Below, in pieces: positions 1 to 13,761 of a stretch of 64,000 nucleotides of DNA (position 1 is its first letter; the number at the start of each line of letters is the position of its first letter). The notes under the pieces are model-generated. The model did not search any database. It was given only the letters and a program-made list of their open reading frames with translations, and was not told the DNA's origin. Where the stretch lies: assembly GCA_031835245.2 (NCBI GenBank), contig JAVKOQ020000014.1, positions 186,001 through 250,000 on the forward strand. The letters run 5' to 3'. A program made the translations under genes and the position numbers. The DNA is from Balamuthia mandrillaris. Taxonomy: Eukaryota.

Positions 1-140
1 TATCTGCTCAACTCCATTGATGCCTCTGTCTTTGACTTTTTCAGTTTTGGTGGTTACATTTTTGTTGGGTAAATCCCCCTGCTGCTTTCTCCCTCCCGCA
101 CTAGCCCAACTTAATGACCTAAACGCTTTATTACAAAAAA

Positions 141-647
141 GTCTCTGTGTGAATCACTTGGCAGGTCTACTTGGTGGCCCCTATGTTTACTATGCCACGA
201 TGTTACTCACCGGCTTTTTCATGGCCACCTTCATGGTACTCCTCAGGCTCTTTTCGTCGTTTCTCTTTCTCTTTCTCTTTCTCTTTCTCTTTCTCTTTCT
301 CTTTCTCTTTCTCTTTCTCTTTCTCTTTCTCCTTCTCCTTCTCCTTCTCCTTCTCCTTCTCCTTCTCCTTCTCCTTCTTCTTCTCCTTCTCCTTCTCTTT
401 CCCTTTCCCTTTCCTTTCTCTTCCTGCTTCTCTCTATCTTTCTCTCTCTGTGTTGTTGGTGCAGCGACAAGAGTGTATTGACCACCATTTGCATCAACAG
501 GTAAAGACTCTGCGATTGCTAGTGCTGCCCGATCAGCCGGCCGATATGGACGGAGGTGTGGGGCTGCCCTCCAACCGCCGCAACTACTTCCTGCTAAGCA
601 TAGCCCTCCTCCAAATCATATTCTCCTACTTTCTGGGTGTCTATTGA
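141..647 (+). CDS. YIF1: YIF1/Hrf1-family ER-Golgi membrane protein, last two exons (5' part outside or near the window edge)
   Basis: Exon ~141-235 LCVNHLAGLLGGPYVYYATMLLTGFFMATFM, intron 236-500 (GT..CAG), exon 501-647 VKTLRLLVLPD...RRNYFLLSIALLQIIFSYFLGVY*. Resembles the YIF1 C-terminal pattern (FMxxTLRLxxL...R.Y...A..Q). Confidence 0.75.
259..420 (+). repeat. (CTTTCT)n/(CTTCTC)n microsatellite inside the YIF1 intron
   Basis: Direct hexamer repeats visible in the sequence. Confidence 0.95.
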
Positions 648-773
648 TATCAGCCCTCCTCTCTCTGCTTCTTTGCTTCCCTTCCTTCCAACACAAAATA
701 AACGGCAGACTTCTTTCTTATCTCTTTTTTTCTCCTCGCAACGCAAAAGAAAAGCCATAAGAGAAAAACAGCG

Positions 774-2725
774 ATGAGAAGGTGTTATGGTGCAGGGGGT
801 GGGCTGCTCGCCGCCAACAGCGGCGTCTCCTTGTGGAGCCGCTCTTCGGGCAATGCCGTTGGAAAGGCTGCTGCTCGCCGGCTCCTTGGAACGAGCGCAG
901 GGCGGGGTTCCCAGGTAATGGTGTATGCCGCACAAACAAACGATCCTCTGTTCAACCTGGCCACAGAAGGTTCTGCTCCTTGCTCTTCTTCTGTTAGCCG
1001 GTGGGTTTGCTTCTAACGTATGCAACCTTTTGTTTGGTTTAAAAGAGTGGATATTCAGGGAGGGTGACCTCTCCAAACAAACGCTGTACCTTTGGCGCAA
1101 CTCTCCCACCGTGGTGATCGGCAAACACCAGAACCCCTTCAAGGAATGCCACCTCCAAAACATGGAGAAAGGTCAGTTCTCTCTCTGCTTCTCTAGTTCT
1201 CTTCTTTCATGGCTAACACGTTTGCTGCTTCTTCGCCAACGGCCAAAAGAGGGAGTGGTGTTGGCTCGACGGCACTCTGGCGGAGGAGCGGTTTATCAGG
1301 ACCTTGGCAACTCCTGCTTCACGTTCCTTTCTCCTCGTGCTCACTTTGACAAAGCCAGGAATACCAACATCATCATCAACGCCCTTGCTGAGAGTTTTGG
1401 CATTAAGGCCACAGCCTCCGGCCGCAACGATATCCTTGTGGAAGGCCAAAAGGTTTCAGCCATTGATCGTCGAGAGAGAGGAGAGAGAGAGAAGAAGAAG
1501 AAGAAGAAGAAGAAGAAGAAGAAGAAGAAGAAGAAGAAGAAGAAGAACAAGAAGAACAAGAAGAACAAGAAGAAGAAGAACAAGAAGAAGAAGAAGAACA
1601 AGAAGAAGAAGAAGAACAAGAAGAAGAAGAAACAAAAGGGAGAGCAAATATAGAGAGAAGCGAGAAGCGACAAGAGAATAGGAATAGATGACTGAACACG
1701 TTCTTTTTGTCTGTTGTTGTTATCAGATCTCAGGGTCAGCATACAAGGTCAGTGGAGAGAGAGCATTACATCATGGCACACTGTTACTGAACGTGGATTT
1801 AGAAGCTTTGGCACAGTACTTAAATCCAGATAAAGCTAAGCTGATGGTAGTAGCCTTCCAATGCCTTCTTCTGAAACTCAACATTCTCACCAAACCCTTC
1901 TCCCCTTTTGCAGAGCAAAGGAGTGAGCAGCGTCAAAGCAAGAGTTAGAAACTTAAGCACGCTCAACCCAAACATTTCTCACGAGACTATCTCCCAAGCA
2001 CTCATCAAACAGTTCTTCACCACGTACAATGCCGAGTGCGAGGTACAATACGTTATTCTATTTATTGTGCAGCCTGTGCCATGATGATAGCTAACCGCTG
2101 GTAAACTCCTTCCCCATCACTATTCTGTGATGAAAAGGTGGAGTACCTAGACTTTGATAAACTCAGGACCATCCCCTCTCTCAATGCATACTATGAGCAA
2201 CTCAAGGATTGGAACTGGCGTTTTGGTTCTCTTCTCTTTCTTTTGCTATCTCTCTTGTTGCCCTCACAATGCTAATACATCTTAACTAGGAGAAACCCCA
2301 AACTTTGAGCACCACATGGAGCACCGTTTTGATTGGGGTAACATGGTATATTGGTTTTATCTCAATTCGTCTCTCCATTCCGTTCTTGCTGAACCAACCA
2401 ACCAATGACCAATAACGGTAGGACATTCACATTGACAGCAGTGGTGGAGTTATTAGCAAGGCAAAGGTCTTCAGTGACTCACTCTACCCGCAAATGATAA
2501 CCATCTTTGAGCGCGCTCTGCCTGGTACTTTTTGGCAAAACTTTGCTTCTCCTTCATTTTTACTTCGGTAATTTTCATTATTTATTGTTGTTCCTGTCAG
2601 GCAAAAGGTACAGTAAAGAGGGCGTGGCGGAGGCTATTCAACAAACAAAAGCAGTTTGTGCGGAGGGTGATGCGTTGGAGGCGCACTTGCAAGAGTTGGA
2701 ACGTTGGCTCGTGGATACCATTTGA
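774..2725 (+). CDS. lplA: Lipoate-protein ligase A (LplA-type), multi-exon, with probable mitochondrial presequence
   Basis: Motifs [50 protein letters not shown](I)SGSAY, HHGTLL. C-terminal domain W.W.FG.TPNF.H..E.RFDWG...VFSDSL. Arg/Ser-rich N-terminus. Confidence 0.93.
1490..1630 (+). repeat. (AAG)n/(AAC AAG)n microsatellite within LplA intron 1453-1726
   Basis: Direct trinucleotide repeat. Confidence 0.95.
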
Positions 2726-2769
2726 GGAATCAAAAAAAGGCTCAAACAAAATTATATTTGGTTTTGGCC

Positions 2770-2833
2770 TTAACTTAGGAAAGGTCCTTTCTTGAAGCGT
2801 GTGCCTAGACATCAAACATTGTCAGCAAGCAAT

Positions 2834-2884
<51 letters not shown>

Positions 2885-5800
2885 ACCGGTGACAGGGCAA
2901 ACGTGACGATCTTTGCAGCAGTTGTAGTGCACCACCACATTGTTAGGATACCGAGCAAAGGCGCTGCAGAATGGTTCATTGGTTGGTGAGTTTGTGGCGC
3001 TGCAGGAAAGTTAATTGGTGGAGAGGGAGAGATTTACCTAAGGCCGAGTCGTTTGTGGCACACAGGACACGTCCGTTCTTCTGTGACTTTAATGACGTGA
3101 GCACTCTTGGCATGAATGAGTTCATCATTGACCTTTGGGATAGATGGTTTAAACTTAAGAATTCCGTAAAGCTAACAATGGCAATGGCAGAGTGAAGGAG
3201 CCAACCTGCAGTTTTTCCAACTTAAGCAAATTCTGAGTAACTAGCTTATCGCGACGACGCTTTGTACAATCTCGGATAACGTTGAGGAAGAAAGGCGCAA
3301 GTTGCTTTATGGAGCAGCTCGGAGGGAGGAGCTCCAGAGCCTTTGGTGCATCGATGGAGTGGTAGTATTTGTTGAGGAGAGCCAATGCGGGCGCCAGTTG
3401 TACGGTTTCCTCTGGTGGTGGTCGCAAGTAAACTTGCAACAAGGAAAGGAAGACGTCGCGTGATTCTTCTGACTCAGGGTTGTAGTGCTTCACACAATAT
3501 TGCTCCGCCAGCATTGGATTCTTTAGTTTATACACATAAATACCAAGCGCTTGCTGATGTTGTTGTATCCTGCTCAACAAAATCGCCCGTTCCTCAAAAA
3601 GATCTGGTTCACCATCAATTATTTTCAAAAACCAAAGTGAAATGAGGGCAGTGAAAAGAAGCATACCGTTAAACGGAAAGCGCGATAACATCTTCTCGGG
3701 ATTGTAATAAACAGAGAAATTAAGAAAACCGATCAACTTCCTCCGAGTCTCACCCAACAAGCCGGGCTCTGTCCCAGCTGGAATTAGTCCTGTGAGGTTC
3801 ATGGCACAAGCAAACGATTGAGGGAGATGAACAAGTCGGTTAGTGCTCGCTCAGCGCGTGCCCATAACATATATCCACAATCACTGACAGAAAAGAATAG
3901 CAAACCTCCAGTTTGTCGCTTATAGGTAGCATCGTCCTTCAACTGCAAGACAGTACGCAAGTAGTGGAAAATGAGCTCGTTGTGGAAGGTGGCTCCTTTT
4001 TCATCCCTTTCATTTATAATAAACTCCAAATAGGGCACCACCAACGAAGGCGCTATAGGCGCAATGTGGGCTAACACCTTATCTGGTGGCAGCATTTTGT
4101 CGGGGCTGCGGTCCGTGAATATCTGCAACATATTCAACATTACACGAGGATGTTAAAAGGTTTGTCAACAAAGGTTAGTCAAAGAAATAGTAGCACTACG
4201 TACGGCCAAGCCTTCCCTCGGCGTTGTTTGCAGCACCCACTTGGAAAACTCAAGGACGAGGGCAAGGTGATTCGGATCTAAGTCTCGCAAATACTTGATA
4301 GTCTCGCTCGTTCCGTGCAACGGATTGCCCTGGCGGGGACCTTGTCCCAATCTGAAACATAATAAAGATTAGGTAACTATTATAAAAAAATCCCATAGAG
4401 CTGATTATTCAACCAAGAAGGTAAACGTACTTGGCCAACAGAGAAAGCGCTTTCCCGTGGAGCTCCTTTCCTTTATAAAGGAGAACAAGATGAGAGTACT
4501 TCGTGTAGTTGTGTAGAACCTTCTCACATTCTTTAACGTGACACTGGTTGGGCACCATCAAAAGTGTTGATAGGTCCATGTTGTCGGTTTTGATGTAGGC
4601 TTTCAACAAGGCTGTGTCAATGATTGTTGGCAAGTCTGTCACAGTGCTGTATTCTTCAGTGTCAGGGTTGGTGCTGCTGCTGGCAGCACCAGAACTGTTG
4701 CCTGATGCTGTTGCTGAAGGTCTTATCTGTGTAAGATAGTTAATCAAAGCGGCAAGTGCCTTTTCTAGAGAGGCACCCACTGCAGAGTAGCGTTTTTCAA
4801 TAGAAGAATAAGTTAAGTGATATGAAGGAAAAAGAACGAGAGAGAGAGAGAGAGAGAGAGAACCTAAGACAGGAATGTCCATGGGATAGCTTTGTTCATA
4901 CTTCTCGCGCATGCCTTTGGGTAGCAGGTTGGGATAGAGGCCAATGACCTCTAGCGGATCTGTTTCCAATTGAAAGAAATACTCCATGGCGTGCTCGTAG
5001 TGCCCTTGGCAGAACAAGTGGTAAGAAAATAGTTTGCGAATGGAGCGCAGCTTTTCGGACTGTGAGTGAGAGAGAGAAAAACAAAGAGCTCATAGGTAAG
5101 TAGAAAGGAAAAGGATGCACAAGAAGAGGATCACGCGGTACCTTTGCTTTCTCATCAAAGTCGGTAAGGCTTTCGCATAGATTAAGAGCTTCCTCATATT
5201 CCTTCTCTCGTACTAACTGGTCCACTTGATCCATGATAGGCACTGGCAACAGCCGCCATATGTGACTTTGGGAGGCAACGTAAATGTTCCTATTCTTGAC
5301 CTTCATGAGACGAGCGTTACGGAGGCTGAGCGTCTGTACAAGGGTTTGAGTGCCGGACATGGCTCTAACTTCGAGATAGCGAGGCAGCAGAGCCAGCACA
5401 TACGGGAAGGAATAGTCGATGGTGATAGGATTCTCGCTCCAACTGAGACCAAATTTGCGGGTAGGGGTACCCTCGTAGTCTATGAAGATGCCGATGTTGT
5501 CTTTGGCGAGGATGAGCTGTTTGTTGGGAAGTGAGGTAATGATGGGATGGTTTGCTTTGCCGGGCGAGAACAGGTCTTTGGTGGCTCCCGTCCGCACGTT
5601 TATCAGGTTGTAGTCACGCTTGTAGCCTACGCACAGATTGTAGTCGCACCACACCACTGTCTTTACATGGTCTGGCAAACTCAGTTCCTAGCATACATAG
5701 TCGCAGGGATGGTGTCGGTGTCACAGATAAAAATGGCAATGAAAATAACTAAACTTGAATGTTACCTTGTATTCGTTGAATTGCTTGCCGTCCCACTCGT

Positions 5801-6544
5801 AGAGCAACAGCTTTCTCTTGACTGCCACGCAGAGACGAAGGGAGAGAGTGCTGGGAACAAGGTCCATTGCGAACATGTTTGCTCCCTTCGTTTTGGCCAG
5901 CACAGAATGCGGACTGAAGCTTCCCAAAACATTGACTTGCACTTTGTCTGCAACAGCAACAACAAAAGAAAAAGGAGGTGAGACCTCGTTGTTTTTTTTC
6001 TGTTGTGTGGAAACGGGGTATTGGCAGGAAGGGGGGCTACCTGTAAGGCTGATCAAGAGCTTCAATTCCTCGATAACTTCCAGCTGCTTGATGGGTTTTT
6101 TGCTGAACTCTTTGTGGTCGTCTATAAGCTTCATGAAATAAGGGGTCTTGCCTTCCTCTTTCTTCTCCACCACTTCGTAGACAAGCAACACTCCCTCCGT
6201 CGTTCCCACGATGATGCGGTCCCCTGTATTTTGATATGTTTTTAAAAAACCATCAGCTCAAGCGAAAAGAACGCACTTCTTTTCGTTAAACGGAAGAAGG
6301 AGGGAAAAACAAGAAGAAGAAGAAGAAGGAGGAGGAGGAGGAGAGCGATAGAAGGCGAACGGAGGAGAACAAACCCCATATATCAAGGCATTCTATTTTA
6401 AGGGGAAGGCGGTCCACCAACGAAACCGAGTTGAAGGCCGTGTGACCTGCCTGCGTTGACCATCACCACCATTGTTAGTCTCTTTTTCTTTTGTTGAAAA
6501 CACCTCCCCCTCCCCCTTTAAAAGAAAAAAAATTAACGTACCAT
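2770..6544 (-). CDS. VPS39: HOPS complex subunit Vam6/VPS39 (CNH domain, clathrin-type repeats, C-terminal Zn finger), multi-exon
   Basis: N-terminus HTAF...LPLKIECL..GT.EG.LLVY; CNH domain; IIDTALLKAY; FHNELI..Y; LFEERAILLSR; CPVC.KRLG.SAFARYPN..VVHYNC. Stop at 2770-2772. The start at 6544 is inferred as an ATG-only exon. Confidence 0.93.
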
Positions 6545-6579
6545 GATGCACGCGCACTCTCTCGCCGCTTGCTTTCTCT

Positions 6580-6790
6580 CTCTGCGCTTTTCGTGTTTTC
6601 TTTTTCTTTTTCTTTTGTATGATTCCCGTGTCGTCACGAATCACTCCTCGCTCTGCGCTTTTCGTTTTCTTTTTCTTTTGATATATTCCGTGTCGTCATG
6701 ATCGTTAGCGTCGTGACGACACGAATATTAAAGAGGGTTCAAGCAAAAGCATTATATTATTGTCGACCAAATCTCATTTTTTTGTCGTCA
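6580..6790. promoter_or_regulatory. Bidirectional VPS39/DOCK promoter region with duplicated and inverted CGTGTCGTCA motifs
   Basis: A ~60 bp unit is imperfectly duplicated (6580-6638, 6651-6700). An inverted copy CGTGACGACACG lies at 6712-6723. The region sits between two divergent starts. Confidence 0.55.
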
Positions 6791-7010
6791 CAAGCGAAAA
6801 GTTTGACCAGCAGTAGCAGCCCGCCCTGCCGCTACCGACCACTACTTCTTCTTCGCCAACGTTGATTCCTTCAACTCCTCCTCCTGCCTACGTACCTGCT
6901 CTTCTTCTTCAACCACAGACTCGTAAGCTGTAAGGGCAAGAGGGGGGAGCAGAGAGAGTTTTTTTTTTAAAAAGAAGCACTTTTTTTGTTGTGCTCCAAA
7001 TTAAAAAGAA

Positions 7011-9256
7011 ATGGAGCCACCACGTTTCGTGCCGGGAGGGCGCTCCGCGGGGAGCCCCGCCTCTTCCTCCTCTCGCGTTGGCGCCGTAGCGCCTCCTCGT
7101 TTCACCCCTGCTGCTGGCGGCGCCGGTTTGGCCGGCAGCAGGAGCCAACCACCCCCACAACACCAAAATATTGCTACAGCGCCGACCTCTCCCACTCACC
7201 ACCACCACCAACAACAACAACAACAACAACATGCTCCACCGCAACCACAACCCCAACCAGCAGCAGTATCCGTTCATACAATAACAACAACAACAACAAC
7301 GGCACGTGTCTCGGCCGTTGTGGAAGCGGGGCCGCCACCGCCGTTGCCTCCCCGAGAGGAGGAGCAACCTGCTCAACCACGCCCTCAGGCAGCACCGCTT
7401 TCTCCCACCGCAGCAGCCACGCCTGCCGTTGCAGTCTACAAAGAAAAGGAGAAGGAACACGTGGCGACGGCAGCACAGGCACAACCCGTAAGCCCCGTCC
7501 GTGGCGGAGGCTTTGGCTCTGCTCCTTCTTCTCCCTCTTCTTCTCCTTCCTTCGGAGCGGCCTCCACGCCGACCTCACCGGCCTCCTCCCCGTTGGACAG
7601 CAGCCACCATCACTCGCATTTGATGGGTTCCACCTCCTCGGCCTCTTCCTCCTCTCGCTCCTCTCTCTCCAGCTCGTCTTCAACAAAGAAACAGAAGAAG
7701 AAGAACAAAAAGGACAAGAAGCATTCCTTCCCCTATGAGGACCGTCTTAAAGAGAGAGCCGTACAGCAGGACCCACACAAGGATCTTATGCTCTTTCCTT
7801 CAGACAACATCGCCCTTGAGCAGCACAAACGCACTTTTCGTACCCACGTCTGCTCCGTTACGGTTCGTTCTCTCATGTTCTTTTTTTTTTGTTCTATACA
7901 TTGTCTTCCTCACAACTGGTGCTACATTGCAGGAGGAGGTGGAGCAGAGCGATTTGAAAGGCTACGTAAGAGACAGCTTGAATGTATTCACAAGGGACTT
8001 GATCACTCTACGCAGAAATTATGAACACTTTGGAGGCAAAGCACGGCCTCCAGCGCCCACTCCCGGTGATCTCCCTCCCGAAGAAAACCCTTTAGAGTCT
8101 TCCACTTCTGCCAGCTCGGCTTCTGACCTTGATCCCGAACTGTTGAAGCCACCCTTCCCAGAGATTCGTCAAAGAGAATCGGCCACTAGGGTACTGCTCT
8201 CTGCTCTCTGCTCTCTGCTCCTCTGTCTAAAGGGTAAAAGCTAAACTTTCTTTTCATATAGCAACAAAATCGCATTGATGTCTTTGTTCCCTTTTCACCC
8301 CTTCGTAAGGAACAAGAAGGACTGTCTGACCCTCGTACTCTTGGAAAACCCTTTCCTCCTCGCAGGTCTTCATTCTTCTCCTCGTTTTGATTGCTGTTAT
8401 CTTTCTTCTTCTTCTTTTTTGGGCTCTATTTATCCATCTTGTTTTTATTGTCTGTTCACATGGTTCTTTGGCGGCTGTAGGGCTACTGAATTGTTGGTGG
8501 TTTGCAAGGAACTGTCGTTTGCTCTGGGAGAGATCGAGCCATTCTTTGCTTCCTTAATGCTCTTTGATGTGCAGACAAAGCAGCGCCTCTCCGAGTCATT
8601 CCATTTTAATTTGAACAGCCCAAGCATTCTGAGTTTATTGAGCCCATCTGGACGCTTGGTTTGCTCTTTGCTTAATTCTCACTTTTCATCCGATCTCTCT
8701 TGTAACACTGATGACGTTTCAAAACATTGCAGCCACCTGGAGAACAACCCAGCCCCGAGACCTGCGCTCGTGCTGCCATATTTCGTGCTAGTTACGCTAA
8801 CCCCAATGTATACCTGGTGTTGCGTTTAGAGAAAGTGATGCAAGGAGACGTAGATGATTGTTGTGAGCCGTACTTCAAACACTCGAGTGTGCGTATCCTC
8901 TATGCTATCCATCGAACTGAGTGAGTGTGCTTCCTCTAATCTAATTATGTTCTTATCTTTTAGTTAAAGGTAAAAGAGCGAACACGCGTCACAAAGGACT
9001 TGGAAGCCGTCTGCGAAAGACTAGGTGAGCACACGCAGCCCTTTGCCTGGGCGGCGCTTCGTGTATTTGATGAGTCAGGTCAGTTGGTACTTGGCACAGA
9101 CACAACTTTTCGTGATCTAATACGTGCCCGTTCCGATCACAATGACGAACGGCTTTGTGAGCTTATCAAGAAGACTGAAAAAGAAGGCAAGGTGTGTATC
9201 AACAGTTGCTTGGTCTGTCGCTCTCTGTATTTTGGATTAACTTTGTTACTGCTGCT

Positions 9257-9297
<41 letters not shown>

Positions 9298-12200
9298 ATC
9301 CAGCCCACAAGCAAACCTATTCCAGGCAAGTGTACCATAGACGTGTCTCTCGTAGAGGATAAAAACAACTTACCAGGGCGCTTGGATCCTTCTCTTTTGC
9401 CAGTTATCCCAGTCGCTTCCAATGGAGAGGTACAAATCGCACTTGTTGCATTTCATCTTCTCTTTTGATATGATTGTCTGATATAATGGACTTGCTATTT
9501 CTGAAACAGCCAATCGTAAGAGAAATGCAAGAATTCACCCCTCCCACTTTGTCAGAAGTGATATTAAAGCCTGAGCCTAATCTGGCTTACGTGAACCATC
9601 TGTACATCTACCCTGAACTTGCTAATCTTACCAAGAACAAGGAAACCAGCAGCCGTAATATTTCCGTTTGTGTCCAACTAAAGGAACATGACACCGATCC
9701 CAAAGGACCTGGTATGCCGGTATGTATTGTCCACCACATTTGGTTTGCTGTTGCCGTCTCACATCTTCCTCCTTTCTGGCCAAAATATAAATAATGATAG
9801 GTGGTCTATGGCACATCACACCGACCTCGCTTCATGGATAACAGCCTCTCTCCTTGTACATACCACAACAAAAAGCCCGTATTCTACAATGAGGTAAAAC
9901 TGAAGTTGCCAAGCGTCCTTACGCCCAATATGCATCTATTCTTCACATTTTATCACATTGGTGTTAGACCGAAGAACACAACACAAACTCCCTGTGGTTA
10001 TGCCATCTTACCCCTACTCCAAGGACCCAAGTATGTAATTCTCCGATCCAATTAGTGTGCATGGTTAGTCTTATGGTTATAATACTCCCTACAGGCTTCT
10101 TGATGACCAAGAATGGAAGATCCCAATCGCTACCTCTCTTCCCTCATCCTATAATTCTGTGCGCGCCTCTGAGCATCTAAAGGTATGGCGTATCTTGGTA
10201 GTGAATGTTCTTGCTAGAGTCCTCACAAATGTACTTCTCAATAGTGGCTGGATAACGCAAAACCTTTGTTCAACTTCCGTACTCGGCTTATCTCCACCAT
10301 CTATTCACAAGACCCCCATCTGCAAAACTTCTTTGAGGTATACTCAGAAGGCAAGGATGGACCCGAACTTTGCAACGTAAGTTTTCTCCTCTTTCCTCTA
10401 TTATTCTCTGCTTCTCGCTTCCTCCGCTCTTTTGTTCTTACCCTCCCTCTCTCTTCCTCTTTCCTTGCGTGCTGGTAAAAGGCAATAGAAGGGTTAAAAC
10501 TATCGAGCGACATGGCCAAGGCAAGGTTTTTCCCGGTCCTACTGGACCAATTATTCGCGGTTATGTGTTACAAGTCAGAGCTCGCTGCCAAACATGCATT
10601 TACCACCATTTGCAGTGTTCTTAGCAGGTAAGCGTTGGGCTGTTGCTTGTGTTTCTTTTGTTTCACACTTTTCTGACCCTTTTCGCCATTATAATGCCAT
10701 CAGTGTGGATGTTCTTACTTCTTCTAGTGGCAAGACAGCACGCAATCCGCAGCTTATGTCCTACTTGTACCTTTTATTTGACGGAGGAGCAAACCACAGA
10801 GAAAACTCACTTCACCAAGAAATTTGCAGGCAATGGATATCGGCATTACAAGCCAAGGTACTCATCCACACTTCTCAAGTTGTTCAACATACGATCAACT
10901 GACATTGCTCATTCCCTCCCTCCTCTCATTGAATAAGGATGCCTGCCTCCCACACCTTGGGAAATTTTCTTGGTTCTTTTTTGAAAGTGTATTCAAGTCA
11001 ATGGCTCTCTATCTTCACAGAACCAACCAACTGCAGGACGATGCAACTCGACCCTCACGCTTTAGCCCCGAATTCCACAAGCTATTAAAGAAGCTGCTGC
11101 GCAGCTTGCGAGCGGACATCCGCAACTTATCAGGACCCAGCGCCTCCGCTGCTGCTGATATCAACCACAACGCCGCACTCTTCACCATGGATCTTTTCAA
11201 CATCATGGACCGAGGTTTTGTTTTCGAGCTGGTGCATGACTGGGTTACTGGAATTTGTCCCAATAATGATTCTCCAATCCTGGTCACGTACAAGTTTTTG
11301 TTCCTTCGCACTGTTTGTGACTACGAACACTACGTCCCGCTCAACTTGCCGTTGGAAACCTCGATAAGTTCTGTGCCGACCATCCAGGAAGACTTTTGGT
11401 ATGTAGCTTTTGTTTGACGTTGTTACATATACATCAACTTTTTCCAACGTGTTTTCGTTTTTTCAAATACAGGCGAAATCATCCCATCGCCGGTTTGCTT
11501 CTTAATGAAGTCTGTAGCTGCCTCACGAAGGATAAAATCACTCGCTTGCGTGTAAGTTTATTTTGGCTTTGTTTTCTTTCTTTTCTCTTCTTGTTTCTTC
11601 TTCTTGTTTTGGCTGTGAACATTTGCTGACAGTGGCATGATTGTGCTATTGCTTGACAGGGAATAACTACTCTCAGAAATTTGCTCTGGAAACACGACAG
11701 CGACCCGCGATATGCTTCTCAACAGAAAAAGCAGCGTGTGGCCACGCTCTACTTCCCCTTTATTGTGATGGTATTGGACAAGGTGCACACCATTGAAAGC
11801 ATGGATGAGGACGAGCAACAGGATTGGCTAATATGTTTCATGTGGATCCTGCGAAACTGCAACCATAAACTCCTCCTTAGAGTATGGTGGAAGAAGGAGG
11901 CTCTGCGCAGCCTCAAAGCTTTCTTCCTTATACTTTCCAAGGCCGTGGAGTCCTTCCGTGGTTCTCCACTTTTGCAGCAGGAAGTGGGCTTTAGCACCTT
12001 GGATGTGCTGGAAGAATTCATGGAGGACTTTGCTAAGGAGCTTCAGGGAGGGACAGGCGGCACTGATAATAGCGGTGAACTAATGGAAAATATGTTCCCA
12101 GTGCTAATCTTGCTGCTACAAGGAAAGCGCTCTGTTTCGTTTTTGCTGTCGATGTTTTCAACCCTTCGCTACTTTATCCACACCCATTCAAAAGCCATCT

Positions 12201-13722
12201 TCCGTTGGAAGAACACCGTCTACTGCAGCGATCTCTCCTTTGAAATTCTGCGCCATTGCAACTTTGCTCATGCTGCTATTCGGTCTCAGGCTGCTGCTCT
12301 TTTCTTCCTTCTCATCAAGGTCCTAGCTCTTACCTTTTTCTTTTCAATTTTCGTTTCGTATGTTTACGTTCTGCGGCCTCGTCTCACATTTACTTTCTAC
12401 GAATATGTTTTCCCAAATCAGACAAACTTTAGCGAAACCAAAACATTTGCCCGGATGAGACTACAGAGTACCATTGCAGTATCTCGCTTGACGGGTCTTG
12501 TAAAGGTGGGTTGAGTGCTAGCTTGCTTCAGCGCGTTCTTTCTGTCGTAGTTGATCTCATATTATCTTCAACCATGCAGGAATATGGTCCTCTGTTGCGA
12601 TCTTTAAAGGCTGTTGTGGCCAATGCCTCAGCTGATGCCCGATTTGGAAAACCTCAGGCCACCCAGGTCGAAGAACTTTGCATGCGCTTAACCAAAGTGG
12701 TGGAGGACTCCAAAAAGATGGATGCCTACCGCTATGATCCTGAAATGACAGCTGACCTCTACTACAAGGTCAGCACAGGTTACGCTGATTCTCCTGATCT
12801 GCGGGTGACTTGGCTGGATAACCTTTGCACCTTTCATATGGAGGTACGTTCCGCCGCCGGTGACTCATCGTCCTGATATACGTTACATTTCTAACAATAC
12901 TTTGCAACCTCTACCATAAACAATGCAGCAAGGAAACATGACGGAGGCAGTGCAGTGTAAAATCCACATCGCTGCTCTCATCTCTGAGTACTTGACTCTT
13001 GAAAACGGCCCTGTCGAAGGCATACCAACTAGCAACCTCGCTTTCAAACTGGTTTCCCCTAACATGGAAACTGAGCAAGGTCTACCAAAGAACATTAAGG
13101 ATGGCGTAGGCATTTCCTCACCTTTTTTTTAAACATAACCTTCATTCATTGGGCTAACACTTTTTGCACTTGTTAAAGGGTGAAGAGGGCATGTACAATC
13201 CAAAGACATTCTCTGAAGCTGGCTTAAAGCGTACCCTCAAAGAGGCTATTTCTATTGCAAAGAACGTAAGCACTCATCCTCCGATCACTCATTTCCGCTA
13301 TCATTTTGTTAAGCAGTTTGTCATACTCACTGTACTGTTCTCGTCTTCTTAGGCCTATCTCTACGAGCTGGTGTTGGACATTTACAAGTTCCTCATCGCC
13401 ATTAACCAAAAAGATAGAGATTACCTTCAGTTAGGAGAGTGTTTCAAGGATCTCAAGCAAATTTGTGAGGAGTTAGTGAAATCGGTTTGTACTTCCTCCC
13501 ATTTCATCACAACCAGTCAGAGTTTGCTAACTTTTTTTCTCCCAAGTTTAATAATCGTCTCTTCGGTAACTTTTATCGTGTGGCTTTCTTTGGGGCCAAA
13601 TGGGGAGAGTTTGATGGCAAGCAGTACATCTACAAAGCCTCTGAGACTATGCGCTTGGCCGATTTCTCAAATGCCCTTAAGGTTCTATGCACTGTTACAT
13701 GCAATGAGAGGAGAAAAGGAAG

Positions 13723-13761
<39 letters not shown>

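Noticed and set aside
17..497. Long ORFs reading through poly-FL, poly-SF or poly-ER repeats (also 1304-1742, 14694-15129, 15516-15953, 50357-51367)
   Set aside because: Artefacts of stop-free microsatellites in introns or on the antisense strand.
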